Origin: Eledone cirrhosa
Lineage: Eukaryota
Length of the DNA: 43,970 nt
Direction: 5' to 3'
NCBI GenBank assembly: GCA_964016885.1
Contig: CAXHJY010000391.1
Coordinates: 1-43,970 of the forward strand
The notes beneath the pieces are model-generated. The model was given only the letters and a program-made list of their open reading frames with translations, was not told the origin of the DNA and did no database searches. The position numbers and the translations under genes are program-made. Below are positions 1 to 19,677 of the stretch, one piece after another (the stretch's first letter is position 1; the number at the start of each line of letters is the position of its first letter).

Positions 1-285
1 TATCGGAGATGTGATCGTTCAAATCTTTCCAGCGATTCTTTCCTCAGACATTCTAACCACATGCCCATAGTATCAATGCTGTGATTTATCAATTCGGAGA
101 AGTAGTGACTTTCCCTAGAGTGACTCTCTGATCTAATAGCTTCAAATCTGTCTAACGATTCTTTCCTCAGACATTCTAACCACATGCCATAGTATCGGAG
201 ATGTGATCTTTGAAATCTGTCCAGCGATTCTTTCCTGAGATATTCTAACCACAGGCCCGTAGTATCGGAGCTGTGATCTCTCAAT
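1..285 (-). repeat. ~70-bp minisatellite derived from an RTE-like LINE C-terminal fragment
   Basis: Unit TATCGGAGATGTGATC...CATTCTAACCACATGCCCATAG recurs at 1-70, ~140-191 and 192-261, with partial copies at 71 and 262. The reverse strand translates to SHLRYYGHVVRMSEERIAGKI, resembling the LRW(Y/F)GHVxRM motif of RTE-type ORF ends. Confidence 0.7.
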
Positions 286-859
286 GACTTCAATATTATT
301 TTGAAAATATAATCCAGTTTAATGTGAAACAGGTGGATAGTCACTGGCATTATTATATTATTGTAATTGCAGAATATGACATATGTAAAACCGTTTACGT
401 ATTCACCACTGCTACTCCAATATTCTACATCACTTCAGTAAGCATGCTACAATGAGGATAACGGCAATTCTAATGTTAGATCGATCTGTATTCATTATAT
501 TTATAGTGCTGATTGCTATTTTATTTCTTATACTAATCTAAAGGGAGAAGAGAAAGACATGATCATTAAAAAATTGTCCATTTCAAATTTTCTAAAAGTA
601 TTCCATCCTTCAATTTGGCAAAGAATATTATTTTATTTCCAATACTTTTAGGTTGATCCTCTCATGCATTGCCAATTTATTGCCCACTAAACAGCAATAA
701 AATTTGTCTTACAGTAACGAGTCATAGAAAGTTGGTCCCAGAATTGAGATATAGTTAAAGTGCCTATAAAATAAAAAAATGAATTTTCAACTATATCCTT
801 TGTGATTTCAATGATATTAGAGAAGAAATAAAAAATAAAATTAATTTTGGGAAACTATA

Positions 860-1112
860 GATTATATATATATATATTTGTTGTGTATATATATATATAT
901 TTCTTTGTATATATATATATATTTGTTTGTATATATGTATATATATATTTGTTTGTATATATATATATATATATTTGCTTGTATAAATATATATTTGTTT
1001 GTATATACATATATATACATATTTGATTGTATATATATATATATTTGTGTGTATATATATATATATATTTGTTTGTGTTTGTCTATATATATATATATAC
1101 AAAGCACATTTG

Positions 1113-1172
<60 letters not shown>

Positions 1173-1190
1173 GTGTGTGTGTGTGTACAT
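860..1190. repeat. Compound (TA)n/(TC)n/(TG)n microsatellite with TTTG interruptions
   Basis: Directly visible; explains the spurious ORFs at 791-1227. Confidence 0.95.
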
Positions 1191-2274
1191 GAACGAAACG
1201 GCACATAAAACACAGATAATCTTATAATAGATTTGAAAGGTATTTAAATATGTCTTTCCCATTATATTATGAGATATAGTTTAACAAACCGAAGCAACTA
1301 AATCAATTGCTGAAATATTTAAAGATATTTTGCTAATGTAAACTATTGGAGGGGGAGTGATATTTGTTTTAATGGCGGTCAGGTAAAATTGTTTATTAAG
1401 CTTTAGACAATTCTCCTTACTATAATATCACTCTGTGACTCACGAGTGTGATTAGTAGCGCCCATACATTTTCAAACATCCGTACCGGTTCGTTGGTTTG
1501 GTAAAGCCTTTCTCTCCATCACCCCAACTAGTCTGGGAGGCTCTAAATGGTCATGGCTACCACCCTTCCATCCTCAAGAAAATTACCGAAACCATTTAAT
1601 TGAAATAAAAATATTACTGTAACTAAATTGTATATTTCTAAAAATGAATAAAATAATCAATCAGTGACGGTTAAATTACAACGTGAATGACGTTGGATCT
1701 CTTCCAAATATGAATTCCACATCTAAACCGCCAACTTCCTGTCTGTTTATATACAAAGAATATAATGCCTTTTATGTATCAGGATAGTTGCTACCTTTGT
1801 AGATGAACTTAATGTATTATCTAACGATTGGGTGTCTTATCTAACGAAACACGCTATAATACCCACGTGATTATTTCCCTGTCATGACCACATGATTAGA
1901 TGTACGTGGGAAGATGTATATTTATTGACGAAGATCACAATATGCAATCGACTATGTCATCTTACACGATTACAATTATTCAACACTTGACAAACCAAGC
2001 CTATTTCTAAGCAAACATCACTGGTATAAAAGTAACAATCTATGTTTGTATTTTTCTGATTATTCCCTTTTCTTAAAGCTGCTCCGTGTAATCGACCAGT
2101 AAGTAGATATGGATATTTCCCTTTGTGTTGTACAGTAGTCTGATTATTGAGTAATTGTAAGACAAGTAGATGGAAAGTGTTTTTTTATTCTAACACACAC
2201 ACACACACGCACACGCACACACACATATTATGAAATACTGTTGGCTTCTTACTCACATTAATTTCTATATTTTC

Positions 2275-2345
<71 letters not shown>

Positions 2346-2507
2346 TCGCTGGTTCTGATCGATCGATAAGATCCCAGACCTCACTCGCATGCTGAGTGCG
2401 GTGGACCTTGTCAAATCGGACCCAGGAAACAATGTCTCCAATGGTCTTTCCATTGCTGATACTATCTACCAGTCACAAATCCTGGAAGATATATATATAT
2501 ATATATA

Positions 2508-2818
2508 TTTAAAGGTTAAACAAGGTTCAATGAATAAATCAAAGAATTAGTTTTACAATAGATTGGAAGCACTCAACTGTTATGGTTTTCCGGAGTTATT
2601 AATAATTCAAAATATTAACAAAAATAGAACTTCTTGTGATCAAGTATATTTTATTATACATATTTCAGATCTTAACCATCTACTATGTCAGGGTATGTCA
2701 TGCATTCTTTAATTTTATCTGATGAGGACGTACTGTTGAAGTTAGCTCAGTACCTCTGAAATATGTATGATAAAATATACTTTATCACAAGAAGTTCTAT
2801 TTTTGTTAATATTTTGAA

Positions 2819-2821
<3 letters not shown>
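2508..2821. mobile_element. Short fold-back PLE-like terminal fragment inserted in (TA)n
   Basis: 67-bp inverted repeat 2603-2669 / 2755-2821 (2 mismatches seen). The left arm has an extra ~95-bp tail (2508-2602). A hammerhead motif spans the spacer and right arm. (TA)n on both sides. Confidence 0.65.
2712..2776 (+). ncRNA. Minimal type I hammerhead ribozyme (degenerate)
   Basis: Stem I ATTTTAT(2712-2718)/ATAAAAT(2770-2776); CTGATGA 2719-2725; stem II GTACTG/CAGTAC with an imperfect base; GAAA 2758-2761; near-palindromic stem III ATATGTAT. The cleavage-site base is G here but A (valid UH) in the inverted arm. Confidence 0.6.
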
Positions 2822-2865
<44 letters not shown>

Positions 2866-4193
2866 ATAATAAATACAAAGACCAAAATCAAAAAAAGATC
2901 GATAACAAAGTTGTCAGAAGAACCCGCTTATGGTGAAAGCAATAATTTATTGCTTAAAATGTGTATATGACCGTGTATGTGTGTGTATACACAGGAACAG
3001 GGAGAGAGAGAGAAAATACCTAGGAAGTTCTTTGCAGGCATTACCTTCATATCAGTATTCAGAGACATTATACAAGTGGTCAGAATATTACGACTTTAAA
3101 ATATCGAGAAATAATTACATCTGAAATTTAACATATTTATGGATAATTCGTTCGGATAATTCACTAAGCGTTTGTTTTAGTTCTTAATTTGATTTTATAT
3201 TGACCTCTTTAATTTGTGGAGGCTTTTTTTGTAATGGTTTTAGACATTTTTAACATGTTATTCTACAGACGTTCAGTAGATTTAATCAGACGGAGAAATA
3301 TTATGATTCCTCTGGGCAATTTTCAAGTCAAATACAATAAATAGCATGTGAAAATTCAAACATTAACGCATGATTAAATTATCACGTTTTACATGATAAT
3401 CATATATATGTCATTAAATGCTGCAGATATCAAATTGTGTGACAGCTTTACGGAAGATTTAAATTTTCTTTCCATAAAGATAATCGAAGTATGATTTTAA
3501 CGTTCAACTGGCAATTTAATGTTAAATATTTTCTTCTATACCTGTATAAATTAAACATTGCAGATCTTCAAAACATGATATAGAATGAATGATATGAAAT
3601 TCTATTCGTTTTCTATGATACAAAGAAAAATAACACAGATATATATATTTTTTAATATGCTCTAGATATATTATAGATTTCTGTTAGCACATGACTAAAG
3701 TGTTTTGGTATGAGGTATTTGATCATTTGAAGTGATGCGTGATTTGCCAATACAGCAAAGATTAATTGGAAAACTAATACCGAATGAATCAGACTGTGAA
3801 GTGACATATATAAATGCTGCAAGGCATTCCTTTATACCAAGAATTCTAGAACCCTGACTACCATTATCAATAGAATATTAAAACCAAGTGGATATACTAG
3901 TGTGTGGCTATAACGTGATGCTTTCAATCTACGGTCTACATTCTTTAATTTTATGAGAAACCTACTAAATTCAACTAACATAAGTTCACCTAGGAGTTGA
4001 GATTTGCTATTATATATTGTGAAAATGTTCTTAAATTTCAATTCTATGATCTCTATGAAAGGAAGATATCCTACCACTCCAGAGTATGTTATTGCAGGTG
4101 AAATATTCGCGATATGATTATTACCAAAACTACTATTTCATTGTTCGTTTCCTCTATACATATTTTTTACACAGACACACGTGCATGCACACG

Positions 4194-10465
<6,272 letters not shown>

Positions 10466-10687
10466 CAGTCCAATAGTAAACCAATCTTAAAGAGAGAGAC
10501 GGACATAGGAGAAGAGAAGAGAGATTGGTTAATTTATTAGAAGCCAAAAGGCATGTGCTCAATGTGCAATATGCAGTGGAATGCAGCTAGATGGCTGGGT
10601 TGATGCAGAGATTAGGTGCACAGAGCTGGAAATATCCATTAGTTAAGCAAAACAAGACCACAAATTTCACAAGAAATTGTAAACGGA

Positions 10688-10720
<33 letters not shown>

Positions 10721-11041
10721 GGCGGTGGATTGGCAGTATCGGTAGAGGGTGGCATGCCATGCTCTCCAGCATAGTTACGTACCTTAACGATCTAAGTTCA
10801 AATCCCGCTGAGGTTGACTTTGCCTTTCATCTGTACAGGGTCGATAAAATAAATTACCAGTAATGCACTGCAATTGCTGGCCTTGTGCCAAAAAGTAGAA
10901 ACAATTATTATTATTATTATTATTCCTTATATTAAACTATAATTATACTCCTTATTCCTTACATTAAACTGTAACTATGTTGACAATCTTTAAATAATGT
11001 CTTTCTTGTGAAATGTGTGGTCTTGTTTTGCTTAAGTAATG
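10466..11041. mobile_element. Candidate fold-back element between (TA)n arrays, interrupted by a SINE
   Basis: 40-bp inverted repeat 10637-10676 / 11002-11041 (2 mismatches). The right arm ends a few bases before (TA)n; the left arm is preceded by ~170 bp of unpaired sequence. Confidence 0.45.
10719..10924 (+). mobile_element. tRNA-derived SINE family A (MetaSINE-like central domain)
   Basis: A box TGGCAGTATCGG, B box GTTCAAATCCC, central GTTGACTTTGCCTTTCATC...GGGTCGATAAAATAAA.TACCAG, (TTA)n tail; many other copies in the window. Confidence 0.85.
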
Positions 11042-11175
11042 AATTCATATATATATATACATATATATGTGTATATATAAATATATACATATATGTATGT
11101 ACATATGTATATATGTACATATATATTTATATGCACATATATATATATATGCACACACACATATATATATATATA

Positions 11176-11211
<36 letters not shown>

Positions 11212-11215
<4 letters not shown>

Positions 11216-11442
11216 TATAAATGTCAAGACTAAAATCCAAAGAGAGCTCGATAAGGATAAATATATATCAAATATATAAGAACCGTAGAGCAAATATTTA
11301 TTAAAATAACAGATTAAAGTTTAAGCAAAGAATCGCTGCTTTCAACCTTAACGGGATGTTCTGAAACTGTTGCAGAAGATCCCGTTAAGGGTGAAAGCAG
11401 CAATTCTTTGCTTAAACTTTAATCTGTTATTTTAATAAATAT
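11212..11442. mobile_element. Fold-back 3'-terminal fragment of the PLE family found at 27601-29314
   Basis: ~70-bp inverted repeat 11294-11363 / 11373-11442, nearly identical to 29246-29314. The left arm has an ~80-bp tail (11212-11293). Flanked by (TA)n. Confidence 0.8.
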
Positions 11443-12209
<767 letters not shown>

Positions 12210-12213
<4 letters not shown>

Positions 12214-12405
12214 AACGAGTAGGACCCCGACGGCTGAGCTCAAGCCGTTTCGACGGCTAATTCTGGGCGGAATTAGCCGTCGAAACGGCTTGAGCTCAGC
12301 CGTCGGGGTCCTACTCGTTCTTATTACCCACTCTACTACCCTAAGTATTGAGTACTTTGGTGCGTTATGGTCCACCTGGTTCCTTACCACATTTCTTTCG
12401 TTATA
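12210..12405 (+). mobile_element. GC-rich perfect hairpin plus tail; fold-back PLE-like terminus
   Basis: Perfect 51-bp inverted repeat 12213-12263 / 12270-12320 with loop TGGGCG, then an ~80-bp unpaired tail; (TA)n both sides. Confidence 0.7.
12252..12311 (+). ncRNA. 3' half of a hammerhead ribozyme (stem II-GAAA-stem III-GUC); CUGANGA box missing
   Basis: GACGGCTAATTC/GAATTAGCCGTC stem, GAAA 12282-12285, stem III ACGGCT/AGCCGT with palindromic loop sequence GAGCTC, GTC at 12302-12304. Confidence 0.6.
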
Positions 12406-12411
12406 CATATA

Positions 12412-12456
<45 letters not shown>

Positions 12457-12739
12457 TTATATATATAAATGTGTTGAGACGTCACTGGTGCCAAGTTGTA
12501 TCAACCATTGCCTTTCCCTTAGACAACATTTCCCAGACGTTTGCCTGAGATGAGGTACAAACTGTCATTTGTGACCGAATGGGTTCTTTTATGCTTCATA
12601 TATTTATTGATGATGATGTAGAGGTGGTTCACCATCAGGTTTATCCAATTATCAACCCTGACTGGGCTTGCCAAGCATGATCTACTGGATGCTTTTAGAC
12701 TAAGCCTAACGCCTGTCTGAAGCGATGTATGGCTTTAAA

Positions 12740-12992
12740 CTTGGTACCTATCCAAGGTTTCATGGCGTGAAGCGACTGAGAGTAAAACACTTCTCTCTGA
12801 ACCTGACGCCAGTCCATCACAGGGTTAAACCTCCAGCTATTGCTGGTACTCATTTTCAGCTAAGTATACTGGAATAACGGGAAACGAATTTTTTTTTTGC
12901 TCAAGAAGACAACACGCAACCAAGCTCAGAAATCGAAACCACGATATTATGATCATAAGTCCAACTGCCTTACAACTAAACCACGCGCCTCT
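12740..12992 (-). mobile_element. tRNA-derived SINE family B (CORE-like)
   Basis: Minus strand shows a tRNA-like head (GCGCGTGGTTTAGT...GGTTTCGATT), then GTGTTGTCTTCTTGAGCA, AAATGAGTACCAGC, CTGTGATGGACTGGCGTC; homologous to 16190-16440. Confidence 0.65.
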
Positions 12993-14706
12993 GCGCTTTT
13001 AGGCGAAGTGTTAATTGAAAACGGATCGTTGCATTGATACCAGAAAACAGGATATATATATAAAATAGTTAATAAAGGAATTTAGTAAGATAATTGATAA
13101 ATAATATATAAGATACAATATTAATGACAGATATATAACTAACAAACTGTAGCACTGAGAATTCTACCTCTTTGTTGGCATTTGTCATCTAAAGGTATCC
13201 CTGTATCTATTTAACCCTTTAACATTTCCATTACTCTAGATATACTATTATATTTTTGTGGTAAAGGCTTTATCTTACATAATTATCTCACATAATATCG
13301 AATCAACGAGATTTTGATATTTATTTTGAAAACAATAACTTAACATCAGTATGAGCAGTTGGATACGGCCATTTCGAACAGAAATATGTGAGAGAATTTT
13401 GGCCGGATACAGCTGGCTTAAATGCTAAAACGTTAATACTGTAGAATGTTATTTGAGGAGTATTTGGGTATCATTTCTAGCAGTTCTTTCAACAAAGTTG
13501 AGTCTGCGACGCAGTCAAGACCAGGTGTTATTTCAATCGATTCTATCATCCCGGATGGGAATGGAATATAAAGTGTGTATGTATGTATGTATGTATAGAT
13601 GAATAGATAGATAAATAGATGCAGGGAGAGTTATGTATCTCTTTGTCTCTATGTAAATACTTAATCGTAGACCTCAGACCTCACATGCGCATAAACACAT
13701 ACGCAGACACGACTCTGTCGTATTTAACTATCTACACCCACCCCCCACACACACACACACACATATATATATATGTGTGTGTGTGAACGTGTTTATCTAT
13801 GTGTGTATGTATATGTGTGTGTATCTATATATCTATTATATATGTATGTATGTAAATATATATGTACGTATGTGTGTATGTATGTAATTTTATATTCACG
13901 TATGTGTGAATGTATGTATATCTGTGTCTAAATTCAAATGTATCTTCCTTTCGAGAATATATTTGAAAATCCAGTGAACAAAGTGAAAACAAGAAATAAG
14001 ATAATACATAATATATAACATATAAAGAAAATATTCAAAACCAAGTGAAGAAAATTTCTGACTAATTCCCGCTTGATATTATGTGTCAAAGTTCTACGTT
14101 ATGTATTAAATATTAATTCTAGCCCATTAACCAAATCAGGTTAATTTGTCTGCATTCTAAGTTTCTTTTTGCCGAATTATTCCGCCATTACAACGTAAAT
14201 CCGCGTTGCGGGGTTTAGTATGTGTAGCATAATGGTAATCTATATTTACAATCTTTATATACCCTAGGGCTTCAGATTTTAATATTCAACTGAAACACTT
14301 ACCATCTTCCCATCTCATTGCACTGGTGATATCGAAATAAATATTTAATTAGGTTTTGGTCAAAACGTTTTTCAAACATTTCTTTATCTTAAACACTCAA
14401 GTCAAGTCAGGTATTTTAGGATTTAACAACCATTTGCGTTATATAGTGATATAAGAGCAATAATATACAACCTTTAAAGAACTAAAGAGAAAATTCTAAT
14501 ATTCAATATAATTGAATCGATAAATACTACCAAACATGTATCATGTTTCCATTAAAATTAAAATATATAAAATAAATATCACGAAACTTCTTTAATCGGA
14601 GAGAATATTAATAATTTCATAAATATTCTCTGAGTATATATATCTCCCTTTCTCTCTCTCTCTCTCTCTCTTTATTTATATATATATATGCATGTATTAT
14701 ATATAT

Positions 14707-14752
<46 letters not shown>

Positions 14753-14903
14753 ATTATAAATAAATATATTTTTATATATATATATACACATGGATTGTTA
14801 TATCCGCCTACATAATATTTCCTGCCCACACATCTACCCCCCATTCATCTAGTTATCTATGTATCTGTGAATCTATCTACCTATCTATGTATCCAACTAT
14901 ATA

Positions 14904-14942
<39 letters not shown>

Positions 14943-15037
14943 CTTTAATCGCAGAGAATATTAATTTCATAAATATTTTCAACCATTCTGTCTCTCTATC
15001 TATTCATCTATTTCTCACAAATTCATATATATATATA

Positions 15038-15111
<74 letters not shown>

Positions 15112-15135
15112 GATTTATATCTGCATATATATATA

Positions 15136-15191
<56 letters not shown>

Positions 15192-15249
15192 GATTTATAT
15201 CTGCATATACATATATATATATATATATATATATTTATTTATTTATATT

Positions 15250-15280
<31 letters not shown>

Positions 15281-15458
15281 ATTTGTGTGTGTATACAGAG
15301 CGATTTATATCTGCATATATATATATATATAATAGCTGGATGATACGTTTCGATCTTACTTATGCATCTTTTTTTGTTTAACCAGCTACACCAAGGAATT
15401 GAAATAGATATTAACTTGTAAATTTCCTTCTATTTGAGATATTAATCTTTTTTTATTA

Positions 15459-15560
15459 TTTAAGAAAAATATATACGCTTTAATAATTTAAAAAAGACGG
15501 TTATTTTATTTCACCTTTTGTGGTTGTGTGTATTTTTTATAGATTATTCTGAAAGTTAAA
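15459..15560 (+). repeat. ~100-bp dispersed direct repeat, copy 1 (copy 2 at 16694-16794)
   Basis: TTAAGA.AAATATATACGCTTTAATAATTTAAAAA.GACGGTTATTTTATTTCACCTTTTGTGGT...ATTCTGAA.GTTAA present at both loci. Confidence 0.85.
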
Positions 15561-16189
15561 CGTTAGAAGAAGCAACATTGTGTGTTACCAACGATAATAT
15601 GATTACGATATATAATGAAATATTACAGCTGGGAATTAGAAGAAAAGGTAGAACGATGACTAAATATTTTGCAGCGATATGCTTTGTTCTCTGTTCAAAC
15701 TAGTATCGTTATTTTCCATTTATCATTGTCTTATTTACTGCTTTCCTATTTTCAATAAACAACATTTCATTGCCTTATATATATATATATTGGGTTTTTT
15801 ACCAAATTTTCTAGTCATTCTACAAATCTATATTGTTGCTATATCCATGACTGCATTGGCGTCACTTCTCTCAACAGAGATGAATTAAACAGCTTCATGT
15901 CTTAATTTAGTTTTTCGCATTTCACGTTAGAATTAACGGCTACTATATATGACATTTATCTCAGGTTTCAAGACATCTCTGTTGCTACTTACGATATCCA
16001 TTTGTCCAGTTGTATATAATTTATACCCGCTAATGCCCTAATATATCACCTATTTTCCTCTTACGCCTCAAATTTCTAATCTGAAATACAATTCATCCAA
16101 ATCCCTTTTCACCACCAACTATGGTGATTAGATCATGTAATACATTGCAACGAAAGAGAAATATTCAGTCCTATACTGGTATATATTAT

Positions 16190-16440
16190 CAGCTGAGTAT
16201 ACTGGCGATGCGTGAAATAAAGAGTACAAGACTCTGCTCTGGACTGGATGCCTGTCCATCTCAGGGTTAAACTCCCAACTGTTGCTAGTAATCATCATTA
16301 TCAGCTGAATATACTGAAGCCATGGGAAATAAAATGTTTTGCTCAAGAACACAACACACAACCGAGTCCAGGAATCGAACCCATGACATTATAATCGTAA
16401 TTTCAACACCCTTATCACTAGGACATGTCTTTCCACTATA
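16190..16440 (-). mobile_element. SINE family B copy
   Basis: Aligns by eye with 12770-12990 (GTCCATC.CAGGGTTAAAC, TGCTCAAGAA.ACAACAC, AATCGAA). Confidence 0.65.
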
Positions 16441-16693
16441 CAGACCCGAAACCTTACTTACTAATCATATATATATATATATGTGTGTCTGTGTGTGTGT
16501 GTACATGCATATATGTGTACATATATGTGCTAGAGAGTGCAAGTCTTTGGCTAGTTTAAAGAGCCACATTCGTGCCTCACATTTTTGACCATTTTATCGG
16601 GCGATGGCAACGCTCGAACTCGAGTTTGCAGCCATCATGTGTACATACACATATATGTGAATGTGTGTTGTTGTCTATATATATATATATATA

Positions 16694-16794
16694 TTTAAGA
16701 CAAATATATACGCTTTAATAATTTAAAAAGGACGGTTATTTTATTTCACCTTTTGTGGTCGTTTGTATATTTTATAGATTATTCTGAATGTTAA
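16694..16794 (+). repeat. ~100-bp dispersed direct repeat, copy 2, embedded in (TA)n
   Basis: Homologous to 15459-15560; bordered by (TA)n on both sides. Confidence 0.85.
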
Positions 16795-16814
16795 TATGTA
16801 TATATATTTATAAA

Positions 16815-16853
<39 letters not shown>

Positions 16854-16873
16854 GTGTTGTAAGTTCGTGTCTA

Positions 16874-16940
<67 letters not shown>

Positions 16941-17651
16941 GTATATGTGAGTCTGTGTGTATGTGTCTTTATTTCTCTATGTACATCTAATCTCAGTGGA
17001 TATCTTTACAAAAACCCAGGTCACGCTAACTTCTTAATAAATCATAGATATTTGAATATCGTATCTACGTTAGTTCAATAGTTTAAGACGGTGCATTGTT
17101 TTGACGCACTACAGAATCGAAAACAAAACATGAAAATTATATAAGTATATAAATTTGATAGAGAAAGAGAAGCATTCTCTGTCGGTTTTAGCGGCTGGCA
17201 GAAATATGATGTACAAAACACAGCGTATAATCATTACTAAAACTATTAAGAATCCGAGATGTTATCACCTGAAAACTTTTACTGATTCAGAGGTAATACT
17301 ATGTAAAGATATTGTGTTAGATAAGTCCACGTTAATCTTAACATAAATGTCCTATAAGTTCCTATTAATGATTGCGTTGTTTCTATGTTAGTAGTGCCGC
17401 AAGGTTTTATCAGCGCGAAATTATGTTTCCGTTAATGGAAATGTGAGTAGTTTGTCTTGCTAAACCATACACCTTATAATCAATGAAATGGCCTTGTCTT
17501 TATTATTATAGGTTTATATAGCAGCTGGTGTTAAAGGCGGGTGGGTGGTATCTAATTACTGCATGACCAGGGTTACAGGTGTTTTTTTAAAGGTATTAAT
17601 TGGTAATTAAACATTGTGAAATCAGGAAGATGTTGGTAAATTATTAGGTAC

Positions 17652-17706
<55 letters not shown>

Positions 17707-17730
17707 TAAATGCATCTTTTTATATCTATT

Positions 17731-17785
<55 letters not shown>

Positions 17786-17879
17786 TATGTTGTGTATATA
17801 TCTATGTATATATACATGTACGTGTGTATATATCTATATGTGTACACTTATTTATTAGAATGCCGAATATATACGTGCG

Positions 17880-17913
<34 letters not shown>

Positions 17914-18401
17914 CATACGTATGTATGTATGTACGTATGTATATATGTATGTGTGTACGTATGTGTGTACGTGTGCGTATGTGTATATATATGTATGTAT
18001 GTATATGAATGTATGTACTTGTATATGCATACATAAATACATCCATCCATGTATGTATGTATGAATGTATGCATGTATGTATGTATGAACGTATATATGT
18101 ATGCATGTATATGTGTTTAAGTATTTTGCTTTAATTTTCAAATTTCTCACTAATAGAAAAAACGCCACAAACAAAATTCTATCAGTGGAACTTTGATATC
18201 AATTAGGTTTGTGTATGTATGTATATATGTATGTATATATGTATGGATAAACGTAAGAATATTTGAAAACATAGATGCCATTGCACGCGGTGATTCGTGC
18301 TTTCTGTCATGTAGGTAATTGTCTTCGCATGTGCTTATGCTTTTATTATATGTTAAAATTCTCGAATATAAAACATCTTTTTACTGTCCATTTCATGCAG
18401 A

Positions 18402-18470
18402 GTGAGATCAACTTTGCCTTTCATCCATTTAAAGTCGATAAAAAAGTATCAGTCTAGTACTGGGGTCGAA
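18402..18470 (+). mobile_element. SINE family A fragment
   Basis: AACTTTGCCTTTCATCC...GTCGATAAAAAAGTATCAGT...CTGGGGTCGA. Confidence 0.7.
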
Positions 18471-18489
18471 TCTTTCTCTATATCCCTTA

Positions 18490-18822
18490 CACTCTCATTC
18501 AGAACATAAGCTGGCGAGATCTAACTTTGAGAGAGATATAGGCCTCCCACGTATATCTATCGTTATACGTAAAAGGAGAATAAGATTTGCTGGCCACTGT
18601 CATCGTGCCACCTACGAGGCTGTGTCTCCATTAGTGATTTGGAAACCACAAGCAGTGACTAATAACAGGGGGTGCAAGCTCTCCTATTCCGGTGTCATTT
18701 CTCGAGATTCTGGTATTGAAATTCAGGACTTGGCAACGGCAATGAACGACAGACCCACGACGAGATCAATTGTTGAGTCCACTTCGGCTGAGGCCGCCGG
18801 GTGAATGAATGAAGGAATGAAT
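18490..18822 (+). mobile_element. RTE-like LINE 3' end (decayed)
   Basis: Translates ...GLPRISIVIRKRRIRFAGHCHRATYEAVSPLVIWKPQ...DLATAMNDR...* followed by a (TGAA)n tail; typical RTE C-terminal motifs. Confidence 0.75.
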
Positions 18823-19677
18823 ATCTCTTTCTCGTTTCCATTCTCTCATCCTCTCTCACTGTCTCTATCATTCTCTGGAAGAAATCTACTGTATTCACAC
18901 CTGGAGAGAAGATGGTCTCCACTAGGTTATAAAAAATGCCCTAGAAACACTGTATGTCAATGCGCCCCTCCCCCCCCTCCTCCCCTACAGCTTCAGCAGG
19001 AGTTACTGGGCCGTATATACATGCCAAGTAATGTAATTTGTCACGACATTTCCAATTTTATGAATACCAACTCTGCAACATTTATGCTTATATAATGCCA
19101 CAATAATTATATTTATAAATGCAAAGTTTTATCCAGGGTGGAGTATCTGCAGATTTCTCAAACATTCTGCATAAATGTTTTCATTTTCACTTCTTAATAA
19201 AAATAAATAGTTTAAAAATCGATCTTTTTCTTGAGTATCTTGATTCAGCAAAAAAATTATTATTAGTATTATTTTTATTATTATTATTATTATTATTATA
19301 GAGTTGGTTATAAATAAAAATTAACAAATCTAGCAAGGGGAGAGAATGAAAAATATAAGATATAGTTTTTAAATTGAAATAGTATGAGAGAAACTTATTT
19401 TAATCCAAATATTTTTAACTTATACAAAATATCTGAAATATAATTTTAAAAGAAGAAAAGAAGATTCTAAAGAATTTTTTATTTATTTTCGAATGTATTC
19501 TTAAAACAAATAATATTCAGGGAATTTTCAGATAAAACATCAGTTTTCTGAGATATAAAAACTGTACTTCATTTTTGATTTCTCATACTACAGAAGACGT
19601 TGAGAAATATTTTGTAAGAGAAGACATCTTATGATTTTTAGTTTGAACGTCAAAATGATAAACGTGCAAAAGATAAT

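Noticed and set aside
1765-1810. YQDSCYL peptide reminiscent of a C-type lectin start
   Set aside because: In-frame stop two codons later and no other lectin motifs; likely chance.
10731-10810. A/B boxes suggesting tRNA genes (also at other SINE heads)
   Set aside because: No cloverleaf; always followed by the SINE body and tail.
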